From an uncultured bacterium (GTDB taxonomy: Bacteria > Patescibacteriota > Doudnabacteria > UBA920): a stretch of 64,000 nucleotides of DNA. Numbering within the stretch: the stretch's first letter is position 1; every line of letters starts with the position of its first letter. The notes below the pieces were generated by a model, which was not told the DNA's origin, searched no databases, and saw nothing but the letters and a program-made list of their open reading frames with translations. Shown one piece after another: positions 10,801 through 19,331 of this stretch. The stretch spans positions 128,715-192,714 of the forward strand of contig CAVVMJ010000003.1 in NCBI GenBank assembly GCA_963749445.1, in the 5' to 3' direction. The position numbers were made by a program, and so were the translations under genes.

Positions 10801-11525
10801 TGGGGCACAGGCAAGCCGTCCATAGATGTAAAACCGCTCTGTACCAAGACGGTATAATGGCTGGAGCGGGAAAGGCGCGCTGTTGGCGTAAACTCCAGCG
10901 TCCGCGTAGTCGCCCACTTAAATTTTCCGGCTGTTTCCGGAATGATTTTAACGGGCAGGGGCTTGGACTCCTGAACATCCAGCGTGCTTAGCGGCACCAT
11001 GGGCCGGTTAAATTCAATGGTAATGGCATCGGTCTCCGGCGCTTCTGAACCGTCTTTGGGAAAAATCGCGCTAACCTCCGGGTCAACATCGGCCTGGAAA
11101 TTTTGCGCCAAATGCACATCGCCGGCGGCCAAACTGACTTGGTAGTATTTGCCCGACTCCAGTTTGGCTGCCGGCTTAAAGACCAATTCAGTCGCCTTGC
11201 TGCCCACAGACCAGGTTCCTAAAAGTTTTGGGTCAAAACTAATTGCATCCTTGGCCTGATCCGAAGTCAAGCTGACTCCGGGTGGTAAATTAATTACTAC
11301 TGCCGCGCTTTGGGAAATTTTGGCCGCCACCAAGCCCACCGGCTCATCCTGCCATTTGGGCTGAATACTTTTAACATAAAAATAATTATACCCCAGCCAT
11401 CCGGCCGCTGCCACAATTAACACAGCGGCCGTCAACATAACGCCGCGCCTGTGGTGTCGCTTTAGCTGCTGTTTGTCTATTTCTGTCTCCTGAACGGGTT
11501 TTGCCGGAGCATTGGTTTCGTCCAT
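4863..11525 (-). CDS. Bacterial alpha-2-macroglobulin family protein (2220 aa, N-terminal membrane anchor).
   Basis: Thioester motif YPYGCTEQ; N-terminal TM after a basic stretch; very long run of MG-like beta-rich sequence. Confidence 0.8.
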   Translation of the reverse strand: MDETNAPAKPVQETEIDKQQLKRHHRRGVMLTAAVLIVAAAGWLGYNYFYVKSIQPKWQDEPVGLVAAKISQSAAVVINLPPGVSLTSDQAKDAISFDPKLLGTWSVGSKATELVFKPAAKLESGKYYQVSLAAGDVHLAQNFQADVDPEVSAIFPKDGSEAPETDAITIEFNRPMVPLSTLDVQESKPLPVKIIPETAGKFKWATTRTLEFTPTARLSRSSHYTVLVQSGFTSMDGLPVPQAQAQFTTRPLRFAGNTIHHDGVTLYDEPVKIDFNQPVDLAKTTAQITVKNLATNNAVPFVTQYGTRGVSLGGAVNLTDYTDKSVVLIFAKADKFGRAKFWDNNSNYQVDISGAVPLEGDINLSEGRSAAVQVPDIVESVSASSSRSSLVEPTMFDPKGQLVLNFYEEIDKDRSQITAQNLDRVDYGQRCELDADGNEVYVDGQCKQVTDKKQLLVSFKDQNWQPGQSFDVELTKIFNAKGLQLNSDPIKESLQIFPQLKVLSTTPAPGEQAADVTRLIICTNSPLDDAQPENFYQRLKSNLSVGKWDWDVAYKVQTGSRSADEKCSPGQYDNRIRYGLIPQTEYQMQLNLVDQFGQSLSQNLNFTSGKIDSTYTDFNSLQKGYNVTSPGHTKLTYAATNLDYLDLHVCQVSSQTMLGYLDPDTQPDAGIAGSALDCQQTWTKRIDLPPKFWTLNYFQVQLSDIVPSPLGYYVLSFSNPQLRQQIYDYNTGKTRPGPPIYERTFLNVTNLAAQEKKVEVSDDTSSSPGTAAVQPERATERELLSSSQGNLYWVTQIGSLNAVEGATIQVFQKQDKKYLAFDTATTDSSGVARAKAYAGNGAAVIGKDNDSTIVSGYSDKFQWSSPYQGGDKTYIYSDRPIYRPGQEVDIKGLYRIGYDGVYEIYTGKTASLQIFSSKNEQVDTEDLAISKNGTFNTVFHLAADAPLGTYRVQAFDGIYTFDVEDYVPSPFKVDLKSDKAEYIAGDTANLSVDANYYFGVPVEGGSVDYTVTAQDYYFDRYQDQNFQFGAGWYYQPDAGYGDSFILRGKAQLNTQGHAQISQVLDFSKLFSIDNQNQSKIFVVDVTVTNTTGQAVSNEQSFIVHRGQFYLGVNLDKSYFGKNDANKILIKTVDTQGKELSVGNISGKVNKITWNYFKRQEVDGNYYYHSEKQVDTVQQFTAQTDSSGNFSKDFTVGQEGEYEVALTAADSRGNPITATQDFYVYGQGSVEVQPENNESLDLAVANNKLEVGQAGQVVIKSPYDHAKALIAVERGRILDYQIVDINQNFYNYTFDVKDAYVPNVFVTVLLLSPKPEVKFGQAQFFIDTKQKTLTVDVTPNKNNYLPGEQVTLDVVTKDVSGKPVPADVSLAVADLSVLALSGNPKKDPVSFFYDGRPLGVTTSSNIKNILTEAEIPTGTKGGGGAAPEDLASKKRGVFKDTAYWNADVQTGSDGHAQVSFTLPDNLTTWQAEGVGLTQDTKLGVGYKEFKAQKELMVTPLVPRFVIPGDSFALGGKIFNQTGSAQTLQVSFTSSSLQMPDNKPQTVTLNAGDTKTVYVKAVAPASQQDGQHTLNITAKNDKYQDSVDSSFPVTPDQTYEAVATSNYTTNQTANEYVWLPDNVIPDRGGVQIEAQATLAGVLPGALKYLVDYPYGCTEQMISKLTAVATVKRFVSLKNLGDKFKMPQVQFDNQTYSADDVVSIGLSRIMSNQNSDGGFSYYPGMKSDYYLTLDVLNALEDLRQAKYKIDDAAETRAVAYAYQTWTGDYNLNRSKDSLILTAYTFSRVPSASQQFAALQPQIQALANDPKFFNEDISNLSLVYLALLSSAKQSSTFGNQVFQTLENRVVVDGRGAYLTTGDQNLLWYYYETPVKDTALLLKAESLAQRQFSETDKMLRWLQNSRAKDGSWGSTDGTVTVMDALVDYLQWKGETESSFTLNLLLDTKPQANFTFNSQTILDSLQSFIPISSFTPNKLSVLQFNKQNLNDKTNGFYYDMTLKYFLPVNSIAPRDEGFAISRELYALDDTVNKTPLNQAKVGQVLRAHLTLTVSKPRNFVTVESFIPAGMELVNFNLATENQTLNQQYLTTPAYGYENAQAGQNVPTKTVQLKRPGFFTRSWLWIKGLFVRQSSTVPGTTAVADLPDEVYSGNLTTTDSLIPDSVEYHDDRLMLFNQNLQPGVYEYDYYVRALIPGQFQHLPAVASELYQPDHFGRTRGEIFTITQ

Positions 11526-11618
11526 GCCCGTATTTTAGCACAAAATAAATTTTCTGCCCAAGTCTACGCCTAAAATTACTCGCAAACTCTCTTTTGGCGA
11601 TTGTGGTAAAATGTAGGT

Positions 11619-13001
11619 ATGGAAATCTTGGACAAAAAAACAGGCTCAACTACCGGCTGGCTGTTGCTTACCCTAAGCGCATTAATTATTATCCGCATCC
11701 TGCCCATCCTTAAATCCCCGTTTTCCACTTACGGTTATGACTTTGGCTTTTACTCTTACGAGGCCGGTCACGCCGGACAGTTTCATTTTATTGACTTGTT
11801 CAACAACGCCGTTTGGGGCGGCTACAACAACCCGATTTTTTTGATTGGCTCGTGGCTTCACATTCCGTCCGCGCTTTTGGTCAGCGAGTTTTATTTTTTG
11901 GCGGCCGTGGCTTTGGGCCTGGCAATTTATTTTTGGATGAAATTAAAAAGCCAAGCGGCCGGAATTTTTGCCTGCCTGCTGGTTGCGGCTTCGTTTGTCC
12001 AAACCAGCGGATATTTGATGTATCTTTGGAAAAATATTGTGGCATTGCCGCTTTTGGTATTAGGTTTTAAATTTTTGGAGGAAAAAAAATATTGGCAACT
12101 GGCAGTTTGCACCGCGGTCATTTTGCTGCTTCACCGTACCACGGCCATTGTCTTTATTTCATCGCTGATAATTTACGGAATATGGCAGTTCATCCAACAA
12201 AAAAAATTTCGGCTTTTGGCCGGCCTGTTTGCCGCAGCGCTGATTTTAGCCGCAACCGGATTTTACGCCTTACATCTTAAATCTTTAATCTTTAATCTAA
12301 TTCACAACAACAACTACTACGTAACCACCGGCCTGTTTATGGAAGGGTCTAACTTTTGGTTAATCTGGTGGCCATTTTTGCTTCTGGCTTTACCGGGAGT
12401 GTACCTTTACCTCAAAAAACGCCAACACCCGATTTTGCCCGTATTTACGGCAATTTTGCTGATTTGGATAGCGTTTAAATTTCCCTTCTACCGGCGCATG
12501 CTGCTTTATTTGGATTTATGTTTGATAGTTTTCGCCGCGTACTTTTTAAGCCTGGTGGATTATTCGCGAAAATTTATGAAACTCGCGCTCGGCGTTATTG
12601 TCGCCGTGCTGCTAATCCGTTCCGCCGATTACGCGCTGTCCCAAACGCCGCTGATTACCTCCCAAGAAGTCAGCGAAATTAAAAACTTCCGCCCGCCCGG
12701 CGGCCCCGGTTTTATCCTCGCCGTTTCCGCCAACGACGCGCCGTGGCTTTTAGCTTACGCCAATCCGGCCCAGCGCTTAGGCGCGCCCGGCCTTCTGGAA
12801 GACCCTCACACCTATCAGGAATGGCAAAACTTTTGGCATGGCCAGGACCAACGGCAATTTTTGTCTTACTACCCGCGGCCGCTGTATTTTTACCAGCGCA
12901 GTTACCGCCTGCCGCCGTTTGGCGTTACCCAATGCCTCACTCCGCTGACGCCGAATTTTTCCCAGCTAAACTACGATTGCCTGGAAAAATCCCTGCCGTA
13001 A
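11619..13001 (+). CDS. Polytopic membrane protein, possibly a GT-C fold (PMT/ArnT-like) glycosyltransferase.
   Basis: About 11 predicted TM helices, a first extracytoplasmic loop with acidic/aromatic residues (YGYDFGFYSYE), and a soluble C-terminal domain. Confidence 0.35.
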   Translation: MEILDKKTGSTTGWLLLTLSALIIIRILPILKSPFSTYGYDFGFYSYEAGHAGQFHFIDLFNNAVWGGYNNPIFLIGSWLHIPSALLVSEFYFLAAVALGLAIYFWMKLKSQAAGIFACLLVAASFVQTSGYLMYLWKNIVALPLLVLGFKFLEEKKYWQLAVCTAVILLLHRTTAIVFISSLIIYGIWQFIQQKKFRLLAGLFAAALILAATGFYALHLKSLIFNLIHNNNYYVTTGLFMEGSNFWLIWWPFLLLALPGVYLYLKKRQHPILPVFTAILLIWIAFKFPFYRRMLLYLDLCLIVFAAYFLSLVDYSRKFMKLALGVIVAVLLIRSADYALSQTPLITSQEVSEIKNFRPPGGPGFILAVSANDAPWLLAYANPAQRLGAPGLLEDPHTYQEWQNFWHGQDQRQFLSYYPRPLYFYQRSYRLPPFGVTQCLTPLTPNFSQLNYDCLEKSLP

Positions 13002-13029
13002 AATTATCAGCCCGAACCTTGCACACAAC

Positions 13030-13057
13030 AAAACTCTCCGCCTTGGCGGAGAGTTTT
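13030..13057. terminator. Bidirectional terminator hairpin.
   Basis: aaaactctccgccttggcggagagtttt, lying between convergent genes. Confidence 0.55.
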
Positions 13058-13111
13058 GTTCCTGTTATTATTTTTTGGCTAATCTTAAAATAATAATTTT
13101 TTCAATAAATA

Positions 13112-16100
13112 CTAATTGTGAATCGACACAGTGTTAGTCGGGTAATTGACAATCAAGCTGCCGGAAAGGCCGCTGCCGGCGCCGTTTACATCGTTAAAAG
13201 TCAAAACACCGGCCGAGCCAGGGCTTAAGGACAGGCTCGCGGAATTTGCAGTTATCGCGGTAACCGGAATATAGATATCGTAAGTTTTGGAAGCTCCGGC
13301 CGCAATCGTATTGCCGCCATTAAAAGTCAAATTTAATGTTCCGCCGCTAGAATTGCCAAATACGCTGGAATTGGAAACAACTTGGCCGGTTGCGCTATCT
13401 ACGGCTGTTACCGCGTTGGTGGTACTGATTGTTGCGCCCGATACGGTAACGCTGATTGGCAAAGCGGTCAAAACAATGTTGCCGGAAGCGTTGGCATTGA
13501 CCACTACGGATGCGACTTTTACCGATCCTGTTGTTAGAGAACTGTTGGAAGCAACCAAACTTAAAGTTGGGTAAGAACCCACTACTTTCATAGTGTTGCT
13601 ATTAACATTGGCGGTTGCGGTTTGGGTAATGCCTCCAGATGAATATTTGATGGAACTTAAAGTAATATAGGACGTGTTCCCGGAAGGTATGCCGTTAGCT
13701 CCGACAGAAGCATAATTTACGGAAACAGGTATGTTTGCGCCCGCGTAGCCGGCCGGAATGGGAAGGTTTAATCCCGTAATCACGGCCGTGCCGCCCACCA
13801 CCGGAGCCGTCAAGTTGCTGACTAAAACTGAGGTAATGCCACTGCCGGAAACAGTGAACGTCAGTTGCTGGACGGTCACGGCAGAAGAAGCGGCGAGATT
13901 ATAGACCGCGATTGGCGCGCTCATTGAGCCGCCGACAATGAACTGCGAAACTGGCGACATCGCGCTGAGCGTGGCGCTCAATGACGTCGAAACTGCTCCC
14001 TGCACTGTTACCAACTGGCCTCCCAGGGGAATTATTGCCGGATAGGTTTGATTATTGACTGAGGATTGCGCGGTTATAGAACTTAAAGTAATAAAACTCT
14101 GATATTGGCCGGTAATGTTAGTGGGGCTAAATGTCACATCAACATAGATATTAAGATATATCGTCGCTTGGGGCGCTATTACCAAAGGATTCGTCGACAG
14201 ACTGAATGTGTAGGTATTGCCGTTGCTGGGACTCGGCACAGCAGAACTCAACTGAGTCGTGCCCGACATAAGCTTTAAATTCTGAAAATTACCCGTGACG
14301 TTACTATTGGAAGTTTGGAGGGTAATTTGTTTTACTAAAGCAGATTCATTATTACTGTTATTCTTTAAAGTAAACGCGGCAATCATCTGGTTTAAGTTAT
14401 TAGTGCTAACCTGGAGACTGTTAGAGCCGGTTGTGGCCGCAGTTAAACTTAAATTTGAAGTACTGCCGCACGTGCCGGCGATCTGGTCCAGCGGCGCGTT
14501 GCAGCCTTGCTGTTTCATCGACACCACGCCGACCTGGCTTAAGGCCTGCTCCGCGCTATTGGCCGCCACGACATTGGCAAAACTAAAACCCCAGGAATTA
14601 AAAATGGCAACGCTCGGAAAACCGTACAAGCCGTTTTGTCCAACCAACTGCACCGTGCCATTGTTGTTTATGATAGTGCCGGGACGAATAACCGCGGAAT
14701 CGCTGACTTTGACGTAGCTATTATTGCTCGACGTTCTTCCGGAAGAATCGGTAGCATAAACCATAATATTATAGATACCGGAACTCTGCCAAGTATGGCT
14801 GATGGTAAACGATAAACCTGTAGGCTTATCGTTGCCGGTTTGTTTTTGAGATCCATCTCCCCAATCTACGGTGTAAGAAATTGTATATCCTGCGGTAGTA
14901 CTCGGGTTGGCCACGGACATAACATAAAAACTGCTCACGCCCGACATTACGCTGGTCGGACCGGTAATAATCGGCGGGGTTAAAGCGGAAACGGTAGAAC
15001 CGCACGCGTTGTTAATTTGGCTTAAAGGATCGCTACAGCCGACCTGCTTCATCGGCACCGTGCCGATTTGGCTTAAGGCCTGCTCGGCGCTGTTGGCGGC
15101 CACTACCTGGCTAAAGCTCCAGCCCCAGGAATTAAAAGTCGCGATGTCCGGGATGCCGTACAAACCCTTGCTCCCCACCAAATAAACCGTGCCGCCGTTG
15201 GTAAACACCAGTTGGCCTATGCGGGCGCCGCTAATAGGTACAGCGGCAACTGAAAAATTCGCACTAGAACCAAAATTAACGGTAGCGCTGTTATCCCCAA
15301 CGCCAACAACACTTGCTGAATAATTTCCAGCCGCTCCGGAAGAAATATCCGCGCGGACGGCATAATAAACCGCCTGGCCATCCTTAATCAATTGCGGCGT
15401 AAATGAAAAGTCGTACTGAGTATTGTTATTTGAATTACCTGTAAAAACATTTTTTACCGCGGCAACAAAATTACCATTTTGATCGTAAAGCCCAACATTG
15501 GAAAATTGACCGGTAACGTCTCCCGGGCTAATGGCCACCGAATAATCTCCCAAGTTCAGACTTGTGCCGCTTAGTCCCACGCTGAACGTGAACAAATTAG
15601 CGCCGGTTGTGCCCGCAATTATTTTGCTAGCAGGTGAAACGGAAAAATTAACAGTTCCGATTTTAGTTGAGCCGCACATGCCGTTAATCTGGCTAATGGC
15701 ATCGCTGCAAGCCGGATTGCGGGAAGGCACCCAGGTGCCGGAAACCGGCAAGGCGGATTCGGCGGCATTGGTCGGCAGGACGTTGGCAAAAGACCAACCC
15801 CACGAATTAAATACCGCTACGCTCGGGATTGGATACAAAACACTCTGGCCAACTAAGTAAACGGTTTTATCAGTCTTATAAACCAACTGGCCAACGCGTG
15901 CGCTAACGGATGTTCCTAAAGTCACGGAAAAAATTTGGGCATTACTGGTACCATTAGCGTTAGTTACGACCACCGAATAGTCGCCAGGGATAACACTAAC
16001 TATGTACTGCGGGCAAGCCGTACCAACCGCGCAGTGCGGCGCTAAAGTTTCGGGAATGGTAAATTGCAAAGTTTTGCCGTCGCTGGAAGTTAAGTTGCTG

Positions 16101-18928
16101 GCCACTTGATAATTCCTCATGCTCACGTTGTTTCCGGTGGAAGCAAAACCGCTGCCGGAAACTGTCACCACAGTGCCCACCGGCCCGGATGCGGGATTTA
16201 ATGAGTTGATATTGACAACGCTGTTAGTCGGATTAACCAAACTAAAACTTTGACTGGTATCCGGGACGCCATAACAATGGGCCGGGTAACTATTAGTGCA
16301 CATTTGTGGCCCACTAATGGTCAGGGTATAGTTGCCAACTGACAGATTGTTGCTAATGGTCCAACTATAACTGCCGGTGTTGGGAGCGGTGGTGGTCAGA
16401 CTATAGTTGCCGGAAGCACCAGTTAAAACAATGCTTAATGGGTAACCACCGGTGGTACTCGCATCCCAGGTAATCATATGAATACTGCCAAGTGCCCACT
16501 GCTCGCCACCGGCCGGGGAAAAAATCTTGATTGAAGTGGAACTGGCGGCAGAAACTATGGTAAACGCACCGCTAGTGCCGCCTACTACATAAGTACAGAT
16601 GGTTCCACCATTATTAGCTGTACAATTATTTACCGGATATGAAACCGCCACCTTATAATAGTTTGACGCGCCCATTGTGCCGAATGTCGGACTTGCGATT
16701 GTCCAAGCATAAGATCCATTATTTGGAACATTGGATGCAATAACTTGATAATTAGTACATGCGCTTATCATGGCAGGGGTACAATCAGTACTGCTGACCA
16801 ACTCTATATTAACTGTGGGAGAAGCCGAGCTATTAGGTACCCAAGTAACTATATGGGTAGATCCAACCGCCCACTGTTCTCCACCGGCCGGGATAGTGAC
16901 GCTAACTGTCGATTGGGAAGAGCTGCACGTGCCGTTAATCTGACTAATGGCATCGCTACAGGACGGATTGCGGGAAGGCACCCAGGTGCCGGAAACCGGC
17001 AACGCGGCTTCTACGCTGTTGGCCGCGGATACTTGGCTGAATGTCCAGCCCCAGGAATTAAATACCGCTACGCTGGAAATCGGATACAAAACATTTGAGC
17101 CGACCAAGTAAACGGTTTTATCACTCTTAAAAACCAACTGGCCAGTACGAACACCAATGGTCGCTGACCCGTTTACAGTAATAGTAAAAGTATTGGTGCC
17201 AATGTTGCCGTTGGTGTCCACCGCTTTAAGTTGGAACGTATATGTGCCGGCCGTAGTCGGCGTGCCGGAAAGAGTGTAAGTGTTGTGATAATAAGCTGGG
17301 CAAGCGGCTCCCACCAGACAAGCCGGTATCGGATTTTGACTTAAAGACAAACCGGGAGGTAAATTACCGTCCGACGTCATTGTGTATTCCGCGTTGGATG
17401 GGGATATATTTAAAGTCGCCATATAATACTGCCCGACCGTAGCTGTAGACGACGGCCCAGCAATAGTAATCGTCTGGGTTGGAGAAATTGATTGAGTGAT
17501 AACAAACGGCGCATCGCTCTTGTCGTCCGAAATGCTGTGGTTATCCTGAATCCAAGCCTGATAATATCCCGACGGAATGGTATGGCCATAAGCATCATTG
17601 CCCTGAACCGTCCAGTTAAATGAACCGTTGTTGGGTTCATTAGATCCCAAGTTATACAAACCGTTGCCGCAGGAGCTGACGCTGGAATTGGCGCATGGAA
17701 TCAAATAAAGATGGATTAAATAGCTTGGATCGTCGCCGGTCCACTGGATATTTAAATTTGATCCCGTGACAAACTTCTCCCCGCCGTTCGGGCTTAAAAT
17801 TTTCAACAGGCCGGCCGCCGGAACCGGGTTAACGGTTATTGTGGCGGGAACCTGCCCTAAAACATTAAACGCATAACCGCCGCCAAAGGTGGCCACTATA
17901 TAATACGTGCCGGACGGCAAGTTACCGACTGTAGCGGTAAACATCCCGTTAAGCCCGTTTGGAGCGCTGCCCACAATCTGCGTAATGTAATTTGCAACAT
18001 CTTGCCGATAGGAAGGAACGGGGGTAGTTACGGCTGCCGGATACGAAACTCCGGTCGCGCTGTTTACTAATTTAATATTGATATTTAAATTGCCGCCATT
18101 ATTATAAGCCCAGCCGGAAACCATAACACTGCCCGGAGCCGTGGCGCTGTAAGAAGACATGGATTCCAGCCAGCCTTCTATTAAACTATTGCTGCCCTGG
18201 CCGTAATGCGGGGTGGTATAGCCGTAAGCCGGCGGAGGCGTTGGACAAACGATAATCTGGCAACCATTATTATCATATTTATCATAACAACCGTTCTGGG
18301 GAACTGCGGTCGGAACCGCACATGTCGGGCTTGGCTTGGCCGGAGCGGTAATATTTAAAGATGTCAGTTGCTGTAAGCGGCTGCCGATTTTTTTATATAA
18401 AATAAAAGTGTAGGTTTGGTTGGGCAACAAGTCATTGCCGGTATAGCCCGAGCCGGAACCGGTAATACCATCCATAAACGGCCAGCTGTTAACCTTTATG
18501 GCGCCGGTAATGCCGCCTTGCAGCTGATAATCAACCTTAACCTGCCAGCCGTTGCCGGAAAAACCGATAAGCTGATAAGTTAAACAGTTGACGGTATTGT
18601 AGCCGCACACGGGCTGGTTGTAGCCGTAAGTGGCCACGCCCAAAACCCGGGGGGTCTGGACGGTGGTATTAAACGCGCCGGCTAAAATGCCTTCTGCTCC
18701 GCCGGACAGTTCGGTTTGGGCAACCATGGTGAGCGCGCCGACTGAAGTGGCGGCAAACAGCACAAAAGCAATGGCCGTAATCGAGCTAATTTCCGCGTTA
18801 AAAATAGATCGCACAAAAGACCAGGTGCCGCTGGCTGTAGCGCTGGTTTGTTCCCGGGCTTGGCTTAAGTGCCTGCCGGAGATTGCGTATGGGTTCATGG
18901 AAAAACCTATTTCCGCGCAAACAGACAA
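13112..18928 (-). CDS. Giant Ser/Thr/Asn/Gly-rich cell-surface protein with tandem ~80-aa repeat modules and a PKD-like segment.
   Basis: N-terminal TM/signal; at least 4 copies of the module GQLVxKxDKTVYLVG...FNSWGWSFxxV...CSDxxSQINGxCGS; VDWGDGS (PKD-like); two modules are about 85-90% identical at DNA level (about 15670-15900 and 16925-17165). Confidence 0.7.
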   Translation of the reverse strand: MSVCAEIGFSMNPYAISGRHLSQAREQTSATASGTWSFVRSIFNAEISSITAIAFVLFAATSVGALTMVAQTELSGGAEGILAGAFNTTVQTPRVLGVATYGYNQPVCGYNTVNCLTYQLIGFSGNGWQVKVDYQLQGGITGAIKVNSWPFMDGITGSGSGYTGNDLLPNQTYTFILYKKIGSRLQQLTSLNITAPAKPSPTCAVPTAVPQNGCYDKYDNNGCQIIVCPTPPPAYGYTTPHYGQGSNSLIEGWLESMSSYSATAPGSVMVSGWAYNNGGNLNINIKLVNSATGVSYPAAVTTPVPSYRQDVANYITQIVGSAPNGLNGMFTATVGNLPSGTYYIVATFGGGYAFNVLGQVPATITVNPVPAAGLLKILSPNGGEKFVTGSNLNIQWTGDDPSYLIHLYLIPCANSSVSSCGNGLYNLGSNEPNNGSFNWTVQGNDAYGHTIPSGYYQAWIQDNHSISDDKSDAPFVITQSISPTQTITIAGPSSTATVGQYYMATLNISPSNAEYTMTSDGNLPPGLSLSQNPIPACLVGAACPAYYHNTYTLSGTPTTAGTYTFQLKAVDTNGNIGTNTFTITVNGSATIGVRTGQLVFKSDKTVYLVGSNVLYPISSVAVFNSWGWTFSQVSAANSVEAALPVSGTWVPSRNPSCSDAISQINGTCSSSQSTVSVTIPAGGEQWAVGSTHIVTWVPNSSASPTVNIELVSSTDCTPAMISACTNYQVIASNVPNNGSYAWTIASPTFGTMGASNYYKVAVSYPVNNCTANNGGTICTYVVGGTSGAFTIVSAASSTSIKIFSPAGGEQWALGSIHMITWDASTTGGYPLSIVLTGASGNYSLTTTAPNTGSYSWTISNNLSVGNYTLTISGPQMCTNSYPAHCYGVPDTSQSFSLVNPTNSVVNINSLNPASGPVGTVVTVSGSGFASTGNNVSMRNYQVASNLTSSDGKTLQFTIPETLAPHCAVGTACPQYIVSVIPGDYSVVVTNANGTSNAQIFSVTLGTSVSARVGQLVYKTDKTVYLVGQSVLYPIPSVAVFNSWGWSFANVLPTNAAESALPVSGTWVPSRNPACSDAISQINGMCGSTKIGTVNFSVSPASKIIAGTTGANLFTFSVGLSGTSLNLGDYSVAISPGDVTGQFSNVGLYDQNGNFVAAVKNVFTGNSNNNTQYDFSFTPQLIKDGQAVYYAVRADISSGAAGNYSASVVGVGDNSATVNFGSSANFSVAAVPISGARIGQLVFTNGGTVYLVGSKGLYGIPDIATFNSWGWSFSQVVAANSAEQALSQIGTVPMKQVGCSDPLSQINNACGSTVSALTPPIITGPTSVMSGVSSFYVMSVANPSTTAGYTISYTVDWGDGSQKQTGNDKPTGLSFTISHTWQSSGIYNIMVYATDSSGRTSSNNSYVKVSDSAVIRPGTIINNNGTVQLVGQNGLYGFPSVAIFNSWGFSFANVVAANSAEQALSQVGVVSMKQQGCNAPLDQIAGTCGSTSNLSLTAATTGSNSLQVSTNNLNQMIAAFTLKNNSNNESALVKQITLQTSNSNVTGNFQNLKLMSGTTQLSSAVPSPSNGNTYTFSLSTNPLVIAPQATIYLNIYVDVTFSPTNITGQYQSFITLSSITAQSSVNNQTYPAIIPLGGQLVTVQGAVSTSLSATLSAMSPVSQFIVGGSMSAPIAVYNLAASSAVTVQQLTFTVSGSGITSVLVSNLTAPVVGGTAVITGLNLPIPAGYAGANIPVSVNYASVGANGIPSGNTSYITLSSIKYSSGGITQTATANVNSNTMKVVGSYPTLSLVASNSSLTTGSVKVASVVVNANASGNIVLTALPISVTVSGATISTTNAVTAVDSATGQVVSNSSVFGNSSGGTLNLTFNGGNTIAAGASKTYDIYIPVTAITANSASLSLSPGSAGVLTFNDVNGAGSGLSGSLIVNYPTNTVSIHN

Positions 18929-19083
18929 GCCCTGATTTTGGAGCTTAGCGTTCGCGCTGTTTAATTTTATTTTTGTTTCGATCTTCGGCTGTTTTGGCCA
19001 AAGAAAAAGTTTTTAACTTCTGAATATATTATAGCACATTTAAAAAAATTTGTCCAGCGTATGCGGAAAAAATTATTACCTAT

Positions 19084-19172
19084 CATTGCGAGTGCAGCCG
19101 AAGCAATCTTATCCAAGCTCAAGAAAAAGATTACCGCGTCGGCCAGTTAAAGCCCTGGCCTCCTCGCAATGA
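19084..19172. repeat. Family-B palindromic element (copy B3).
   Basis: attgcgagtgcagccgaagcaatc ... ggcctcctcgcaatg; the first motif is identical to the one in copy B2. Confidence 0.6.
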
Positions 19173-19331
19173 CACTGATAATTGCCAAAATTTAATCAAA
19201 TAGAAAACCGCGCTCGCACATCATACCCAAAGGTACAATGCGCTCACGCGGCTTTCGAGCCTAAAGAGAAGAAGCTTCTGTCCGCCGAGGCGCTTTAGGC
19301 TAAGCGCGCGGCGGGGTTGGCCGATGATGGC

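Noticed and set aside
5125-10991. Multiple 60-120 aa ORFs on the strand opposite the alpha-2-macroglobulin gene and inside the giant surface-protein gene
   Set aside because: These are antisense ORFs inside long, well-supported genes, with no motifs and biased composition (Arg/Ala/Gly-rich from GC-rich antisense). They are treated as spurious.
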